Assembly: GCA_049509455.1 (NCBI GenBank)
Contig: JBEKZX010000025.1
Location: 1 to 21,434 of the forward strand
Direction: 5' to 3'
Length of the DNA: 21,434 bases
Source: Conexivisphaerales archaeon
GTDB taxonomy: Archaea > Thermoproteota > Nitrososphaeria > Conexivisphaerales > DTJL01
This document shows, in pieces, positions 16,073 to 21,434 of the stretch; position 1 is the first letter of the stretch, and each line of letters begins with the position of its first letter. The notes below the pieces were generated by a model. That model was not told where the DNA came from and made no database searches. It was given only the letters and a program-made list of their open reading frames with translations. The position numbers and the translations under genes were made by a program.

Positions 16073-16589
16073 TGGGATTCACATCCTCCGATATCCCCAG
16101 CACAGGTTAAAACGCTATCGTTGTCAAACTAGAGCTAGCCCGAAAAGTGGTAGTTCGACTTTGAGCCAGTTACATGTTATTACCACTCAAACGGACGCTA
16201 GTTAGCTAGGACCCCTCCGGAACCACATCTGGCAGTCGTACTTGGTCGAGAATACATATCGTCACTAGGGGTGTCCGCTAGCCTAGGCCAAGCGGTCACG
16301 ACAGTTTTGGAAATCTATTGCTACTGGAAAAGAAATCAATATCATGACCTGACCGACGATGACGACCATCACTTGGTCATCTCTATTTTATTGAAAACAA
16401 TAGGTTAACCGAACGAGGGCGAGTCGACAGTCTCCCAAGCGCAGGGGCGTCACCGAGATATGGGCATGACTCAAGCAACCAAATGCCTGCTGGATGACTG
16501 GGAGGGGCTGGGAAGGCCCAAACTCGTCGGCTCCGGGCCCATCTTTCGGAACTCGCCCTGTTGACTTGAGGGAATCGTAAGTGGTCGTG

Positions 16590-17738
16590 CTACTGCCGCG
16601 ACGGAGACGCAGGACGCTCTTCCCGAACTGGACTCCGGTGACGCCCAAGAAGTACGGCCGACCCGATGAAGACCACGAACACGCCTATCAGTACCGTGAA
16701 GAATGCCAGACTTGGCGGGAGCCCGGTTGTCGCATTACTTGGCGATATCACCGACACCATTCCGGAGAAGTAGTTGGCGACGTAGAGATAACCGTTGGCG
16801 GGGTCGAAGGCAACCCCATACGGCCCGGAGCCTACCGTCACGTTGCCCACCACGGCGTTCGCAGCACCGTTGATGACCGTCACGGCACCCGTCGAGACGT
16901 TCATAGCCCCGAATTGCGTGATGTAGAGGTATCCGTTGGAGGGATCAATGGCTACTCCGTACGGAGACCCGCCCACAGCTATGGTGCCCACCATAAAGTC
17001 CGTGGCCCCATCTATGACTGATACCGTGCCTGAGCCCAAGTTGGCGACGTAGAGATAACCGTTGGCGGGGTCGAAGGCAACCCCATACGGCCCGGCGCCC
17101 ACCGATATGTTGCCCACCACTTCATTACTGGTCCCGTTGATGACCGACGTCGTGTTTGAACCCTCGTTTGTGACGTAGAGGAATCCGTTAAGTGGGTCGT
17201 AGGCTACCATTGAGGGCTCGATGCCTACCGTCACCTTGCTCACCACAGAGTTGTTGGCCCCGTCGATGACCGACACGGTGCCGGCCGCCACGTTGCTTGA
17301 ACCCAGGTTGACTACGTAGAGGTACCCGTTGGAGGAATCGAAGGCTATCCCGTTCGGAAATGTGCCTGCTCCAACGCTCCCCACCACGGCGTTCGTAGCA
17401 TCGCTGACCACGGACACGTTGCCTGCCACGAAGTCAGTGACATAGAGGTAACCGTTGGATGAGTCGTAGGCTATCCCTTTCATCGCATCGCTCACCGATA
17501 TGTTGCCCACGACGGTGTTCGTAAGCCCGTTGATTGCGGACACCTCTCCTGTATCCAAGTTGGCGACGTAGAGATAGCCGTTGGATGAGTCGTAAGCAAA
17601 GAAAGTCGGCTCGCCGCCCACCGTTATGGTGCCCACCACCGTCCCCGCCCCCTCCGTCGATGCGGGATGCGACGCACCTGAGCCGGCGGCGACTATGAGA
17701 GCGACAAAGACGACTACCGCTGCCACTTTCTGGTTCAT
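16590..17738 (-). CDS. Secreted, C-terminally membrane-anchored 7-bladed YVTN-type beta-propeller surface protein
   Basis: 382 aa; signal-like MNQKVAAVVVFVALIVAA, seven repeats of [YFI]D.xNG[YF]LY[VI] / VSVI, C-terminal TM LAFFTVLIGVFVVFIGSAVLL followed by a basic tail. Confidence 0.9.
   Translation of the reverse strand: MNQKVAAVVVFVALIVAAGSGASHPASTEGAGTVVGTITVGGEPTFFAYDSSNGYLYVANLDTGEVSAINGLTNTVVGNISVSDAMKGIAYDSSNGYLYVTDFVAGNVSVVSDATNAVVGSVGAGTFPNGIAFDSSNGYLYVVNLGSSNVAAGTVSVIDGANNSVVSKVTVGIEPSMVAYDPLNGFLYVTNEGSNTTSVINGTSNEVVGNISVGAGPYGVAFDPANGYLYVANLGSGTVSVIDGATDFMVGTIAVGGSPYGVAIDPSNGYLYITQFGAMNVSTGAVTVINGAANAVVGNVTVGSGPYGVAFDPANGYLYVANYFSGMVSVISPSNATTGLPPSLAFFTVLIGVFVVFIGSAVLLGRHRSPVREERPASPSRQ
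16772..17095. repeat. 57-bp perfect direct repeat within the propeller gene (16772-16828 and 17039-17095)
   Basis: agttggcgacgtagagataaccgttggcggggtcgaaggcaaccccatacggcccgg is identical in both copies, 267 bp apart (blades 5 and 7). Confidence 0.9.
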
Positions 17739-17877
17739 CTATGCTATGGCCGGGGTCGGTCACCATGACCGGAGTGATAAGGATTCGCTTACTGGAAGCG
17801 GCAGGCGGGCGATTGTATCGTAGATGGTCTTCACTGCAGCTTCAAGACATGGGCTTGGACCTGCGAATGGGCCGTAG

Positions 17878-18177
17878 CTATGAATAGCCTGATCCCTGGG
17901 CTTCGGCCATCCTCCTCCAGTCCGCGAAGAACCTCTTCAACAGAATTACGTAGGGGTTCTTCTCCTCGAGCGCGAAGATGCGGATCCTGCCGTATCTCTT
18001 CTCACGCACGAGGTGCTGCTCGCAGAGGACGCTCAGATGCTTCTGCACCGACGAGTGCTCCAGCCCCGACCGCTTGACCACCCGTGAGATGTTCATCTCC
18101 TCCTCGTCGATGAGCAGGAGGAGCACCTTGACCCGGCCCGCCGCGCCAAGGATTTCCTCTATTCGTAGGGGTTCCAG
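17878..18177 (-). CDS. Winged-helix (ArsR-like) transcription regulator downstream of cdc6 (probable CTG start)
   Basis: (M)EPLRIEEILGAAGRVKVLLLLIDEEEMNISRVVKRSGLEHSSVQKHLSVL...REKRYGRIRIF; CTG 18177 sits 6 nt after GGAGGAGTGA. The track start 18126 cuts helix 1. Confidence 0.85.
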   Translation of the reverse strand: MEPLRIEEILGAAGRVKVLLLLIDEEEMNISRVVKRSGLEHSSVQKHLSVLCEQHLVREKRYGRIRIFALEEKNPYVILLKRFFADWRRMAEAQGSGYS

Positions 18178-18183
18178 GTCAGC

Positions 18184-19329
18184 TCACTCCTCCCCCGAGC
18201 ATATCCTCATCACTTCCATGGGGGACATATTCAGGCCGATCAGCGTAGTCCTCCCCCTCCTTCCCTTGCCGGACTGCGACGCGACGAAGAAGCCCCTGGC
18301 CTTGAGGTTCTGGATGGACATCCAGACCATCGTATGCCGGCGTGGCTGGAGGTTCATGGAGGAGCAGATGGAGCCGTATTCGCTCTCCAACTCCCCCGTC
18401 GACACGAACGCCCTGTCGGCGGGCCTCAGGAGGTGGGCCGCGGCCAGCAGGATGATGCGCTCATGGCGGCTAAGGTAGCTCAGCTCTTCCAGGCTGACCT
18501 GCGGCGGAAGGCTATTCCTCGCCTCCTGCACGTCGGCGGCCCTCACCTTCTCCGCGCCGTTATAGTCGGCCATCTTAGCCGACCTGTAAAGCAGCTCTAG
18601 TGCGTAGCGGGCGTCCCCCGAATCGCCTGCGGCGCCAGCAATGAGGCTGGCGGTGTCTTCGTCCAGCACCCCTGGGCTGAGGGCCTCCTCGCTCCTGCTC
18701 CGGATGATGGAAAGGAGCTGGTCAGCCGTATACGGGGAGAGTTTCACGACAGCCTTCTGCAGGGAGCTCCTGGTGCTGGCGTCCATCTCCCAGAAGAACC
18801 GCAGGTCTTTCGAAACCATCAGAAGGGAGAGGACGGGGGAGCTCACCGTTTCGTTTATCCTGACCAGCGTATAGAGGAAGGCGGCGCCGCTGGCCGACAC
18901 GAGGCTGTCTACTTCGTCCAAGACCAGGAGCAGCCTCGCCTTCATCTGCAGGAGCTCGTCCGTCAGGAAGCGCAGCGTCTCCTGCACCTCGTAGCCGCGC
19001 TTGGGGAAGGTGAGGCCCAGGGATTCCACCATCCTGTTCAGCACTGATGAGGGCCCTCTGTCAATGCGGCAGTTCACCGTCACGGCCTTCACGATCATGC
19101 CACCCCTCCTGCCTTCCTCCTCCAGCGTGGCGCAGAGCTTGCGAGCCAGCATCGTCTTGCCCGTGCCCACCGGCCCCAACAAGAAGGAGGTGGCCGGCGT
19201 GGAGACGGAAGACAGGACAGAGGAGTACGTCCTCCTTAGCTGCTCGAGCTCGCCCTCTCGGTGGGGGATATTCCCGGGAAGGTAGTCAGGGAGGAGCTTG
19301 TACTCGTCCTTGAAGACGGAGAGGCCCAT
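18184..19329 (-). CDS. cdc6: Orc1/Cdc6 family AAA+ ATPase (probably Orc1-2/Cdc6-2-like)
   Basis: 381 aa; L.PDYLP..IPHRE, Walker A GPVGTGKT, VNCR, Walker B LVLDEVD, sensor-2 GDARYALELL, C-terminal wHTH ending GRRGRTTLI; TATA TTATAA at 19356-19361. Confidence 0.95.
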   Translation of the reverse strand: MGLSVFKDEYKLLPDYLPGNIPHREGELEQLRRTYSSVLSSVSTPATSFLLGPVGTGKTMLARKLCATLEEEGRRGGMIVKAVTVNCRIDRGPSSVLNRMVESLGLTFPKRGYEVQETLRFLTDELLQMKARLLLVLDEVDSLVSASGAAFLYTLVRINETVSSPVLSLLMVSKDLRFFWEMDASTRSSLQKAVVKLSPYTADQLLSIIRSRSEEALSPGVLDEDTASLIAGAAGDSGDARYALELLYRSAKMADYNGAEKVRAADVQEARNSLPPQVSLEELSYLSRHERIILLAAAHLLRPADRAFVSTGELESEYGSICSSMNLQPRRHTMVWMSIQNLKARGFFVASQSGKGRRGRTTLIGLNMSPMEVMRICSGEE

Positions 19330-19463
19330 CTGTCATGAGAGTACAGTTTTACTGGTTATAACATTTATCATCGTTTGCAGTGGATTATCTATGCGGGGTG
19401 CTCTGAAAGTGTTATCGCTTTCAGGAGGCCAAAATCTTCGAAAGTCGAGGTAGGCGCCTTCCA

Positions 19464-21068
19464 CTAGAGCGCTGCAATGGGGTTAAGGAGATTCTGGTCG
19501 TCGCCGGTGGGCGCCTGAGCTCGCTTGTAGTAGCCTGCCCTGAGGGTCTTGCCGGTCCGCCTCTCCCACTCCTCGATGGAGATGGAGTACTTCTTCTGAA
19601 TCGCGTCTCTGTACCATTCGGGCAAGACGTTGAAGCTACAGAAAGGTATGATCCGATTGTCGGGCGTGAGGTAGTGGACGTCGCAGCGGCGCACCCTCTC
19701 CTCGTCATGGTTATACTTGTCCATGAAGTGCATCATCCCGACGAAGAGAGAGCGTCGGTGGAACGCGCCCAGCGAGGAGTAATCGTGCTTGACGATGGCG
19801 TTGTAGAGTATGTCTCCCAGCTTCATGCCCTCAGGCGCCTTCTCGGAATCCACGAACTTCCTCAGCTTCAGGAGGAGCTTGGCGCCTGAGAGGACCTTCG
19901 ACCGACCCTGCTCCAGGGCCACGCCCTCAGACTCGAGGAACTCGAGGAAGCCTGGGATGTCGATGAACCTTGTCAGGGGGACCATCTTGCCGTTCTTCTC
20001 GAAGAGGTAGGTCGCGGCGCCGCAGGCGAAGTGCGTCGTTAGCTCGTACAGCGGCAGCCCCACCCAGGCCTCGACGAACGTCGAGAATGCCATGGACGCG
20101 GGGACGGGGAACCAGTCATCCCTCTCGATGTCTCCCTCCGTCTGTTCTTCCACCCTCTTGATGACGTCAGGTATGGTGATCCTGAACTTGTCCCGGTCGC
20201 CCTTGGAAACGCGCCCGACCAGCGACACCGGTTGGAAGTTCACCGACCGAACGACATCTATGTTCTTGAATCCAAAGCGTATCATGTCTCCCACCTCATA
20301 GTCGTTGACTGTCCTGATCACGGTGGGGACAAGGACTAGGCCCAGATTTGCGGCCCTGGCGTTCTTCAGGACGGATGGGATCTCCCAGTAGTTCTTGGGG
20401 TTGGTCCTGGGAGTGACGCCGTCGAAGCTCAGATATACGGTGTTGACGCCTGCATCGTGTACTCTCTTGGCGAGGGTCGGGTCCCTGGCTAGGTTGATGC
20501 CGTCGGTGTTGAGCTGCACGTGCTGGACGCCCTCCTCCTTGGCGATCTTGATGATCTCCACCAGGTCCTCCCTCAGCGTCGGTTCCCCTCCCGTCAGTTG
20601 CAGGGCGGCACCTGAAATCGGCTTTTCGGCCTTCATCTTCCTGACCATCTTCCTTATCTGTTCCAGCGAAGGCTCATAGATGTAGCCGGCCTTCTCAGCG
20701 TAGAAGAAGCAGTACCAGCAGCTCAGGTCGCAACGGTTCGTCACAACTATGTTGGCCAGCGCGGTGTGGCTCAGGTGATTGGAGCAGAGGCCGCACCCCG
20801 TGGGACAGTTTACCGCCGCGGCGATGATGTCCGGGTTCTCTATGCCCCTTCCGTCCTTGGCGTACTTCGAAAACTTGACGTACATGCCGTAGTCACCGAA
20901 GTAGAGATCCTCAAAGTATCCGTGCTCGGGACAGGTCTTGGATATGTAGACCTTCTCATCCCTGGCGAAGATGTCCGCAGAGATGGTCCGGTTGCACTCG
21001 GGGCAGATGCTCTTCGTCTTGCTCATCAGGTGCTTCGATCTTTCTACAGCCTCCATCTCCATCCCCAA
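19464..21068 (-). CDS. tes: Tetraether lipid synthase Tes / GDGT-macrocyclic archaeol synthase (radical SAM, MJ0619 family)
   Basis: 534 aa; N-terminal rubredoxin-like CPEC...CPEH, auxiliary CPTGCGLCSNH, radical SAM CDLSCWYC, LTGGEPT, NFQPV, HFACG, C-terminal RRCDVHY..PDNRIIPFC. Start TTG 21068 or ATG 21062; TATA TTCTTAAG at 21101-21108. Confidence 0.88.
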   Translation of the reverse strand: MGMEMEAVERSKHLMSKTKSICPECNRTISADIFARDEKVYISKTCPEHGYFEDLYFGDYGMYVKFSKYAKDGRGIENPDIIAAAVNCPTGCGLCSNHLSHTALANIVVTNRCDLSCWYCFFYAEKAGYIYEPSLEQIRKMVRKMKAEKPISGAALQLTGGEPTLREDLVEIIKIAKEEGVQHVQLNTDGINLARDPTLAKRVHDAGVNTVYLSFDGVTPRTNPKNYWEIPSVLKNARAANLGLVLVPTVIRTVNDYEVGDMIRFGFKNIDVVRSVNFQPVSLVGRVSKGDRDKFRITIPDVIKRVEEQTEGDIERDDWFPVPASMAFSTFVEAWVGLPLYELTTHFACGAATYLFEKNGKMVPLTRFIDIPGFLEFLESEGVALEQGRSKVLSGAKLLLKLRKFVDSEKAPEGMKLGDILYNAIVKHDYSSLGAFHRRSLFVGMMHFMDKYNHDEERVRRCDVHYLTPDNRIIPFCSFNVLPEWYRDAIQKKYSISIEEWERRTGKTLRAGYYKRAQAPTGDDQNLLNPIAAL

Positions 21069-21318
21069 TTAACCTCCGTCAGTGGTGGTTTTCGGTAATG
21101 CTTAAGAACTTTTCAACTTAGTCACCGTTGAGAACGCTAATAAGTTCCTCCTTCGTCCCGCGAATGCTGCCAGCCGAATCAGACGCAGTGTTGCCGGAAT
21201 CTCCGCTGGGCTCCCCTGAGGGGTGCTCATGCAAGTCTGCCCCTTTGAAGTGATGCAAGCCAGTTTCGCGCCCAAGTTCGTGGCATTGGTCGGAAGATAC
21301 CAGGCCAGAGGTGAAGGT

Positions 21319-21380
21319 TGGCTCAGAACTCAAGATCCAGCTCATCCCGAAGTCGCATGGGCTAGAGTCTTCATCGCCAC
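21319..21380 (-). ncRNA. Candidate box C/D guide sRNA (62 nt)
   Basis: - strand: GTG GCGATGA (C) agactctagcccat GCGA (D') cttc GGGATGA (C') gctggatcttgagtt CTGA (D) GCCA; TGGC/GCCA termini; TATA TTATTAAG at 21401-21408 puts the predicted start at the 5' end. Confidence 0.55.
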
Positions 21381-21400
21381 TCGTCAGACCGCGGCCCTCG

Positions 21401-21408
21401 CTTAATAA
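21401..21408 (-). promoter_or_regulatory. TATA box upstream of the candidate C/D sRNA
   Basis: TTATTAAG, the same 8-mer seen upstream of citrate synthase. Confidence 0.5.
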
Positions 21409-21434
21409 TAATATCTCGGGGGTTCGGGAGCTGG

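Noticed and set aside
16304-16335. Possible mini-ORB motifs (TTTTGGAAAT, TACTGGAAAAG) suggesting a replication origin near cdc6
   Set aside because: Only the GGAAA core matches; no TCCA half or G-string, and the site is about 1.9 kb from cdc6 behind two other genes.
16388-16648. 86-aa - strand ORF after the propeller gene
   Set aside because: Overlaps the propeller 3' end, has no motif or SD, and its composition is not protein-like.
16590-17738. CRISPR array or diversity-generating retroelement behind the repeats
   Set aside because: Repeats are in-frame propeller blades with no spacer pattern, no adenine-specific mismatches, and no cas or reverse transcriptase gene nearby.
253-21098. Many long antisense or alternate-frame ORFs in the track (e.g. 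253..1011, 2364..3116, 5791..6594, 7429..8139, 7989..8939, 13983..14627, 16581..17021)
   Set aside because: They shadow well-supported genes, lack family motifs and are expected from high-GC codon bias.
21118-21345. 75-aa - strand ORF (and 60-aa + strand ORF 21223..21405) upstream of tes
   Set aside because: No recognisable domain; its ATG falls inside the C' box of the better-supported sRNA candidate. Not fully excluded without expression data.
21120-21434. RNase P RNA, SRP RNA or TPP riboswitch in the terminal non-coding region
   Set aside because: Hallmark motifs (GAGGAAAGUCC, SRP helix 8, CUGAGA/ACCUGAU) are absent on both strands.

Overview
High-GC archaeal window, mostly housekeeping genes. 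The protein sequences (AtpC/AtpH pair, prefoldin beta N-terminus, DHH gene after pfdB) resemble Nitrososphaerota (Thaumarchaeota); this placement is an inference from recalled similarity, not a search. In order: A/V-type ATP synthase subunit I (+) converging on subunits C and H/G (-); a degenerate HTH/Zn-ribbon remnant with a GTAC operator-like array; tRNA-Arg(TCG) with a 17-nt intron at non-canonical position 29/30; citrate synthase; mtnA; the proteasome/exosome superoperon (psmA, SBDS, rrp4, rrp41, rrp42, rpl37ae, pcc1, pfdB) extended by a DHH phosphoesterase; an ECF A-A'-T module plus an uncharacterised 8-Cys protein; moaB-moaC; a lower-GC intergenic stretch with a CTAG cluster; a surface-anchored 7-bladed YVTN-type beta-propeller; Orc1/Cdc6 with an in-frame downstream wHTH gene; tetraether lipid synthase (Tes/GDGT-MAS); and a candidate box C/D sRNA with its own TATA box. 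I found no large novel multi-gene system, CRISPR array or intact mobile element. The best leads are the apparent CTG/ACG initiation of several conserved genes that the ORF track truncates, the candidate C/D sRNA, the 8-Cys protein and the tRNA-adjacent remnant.
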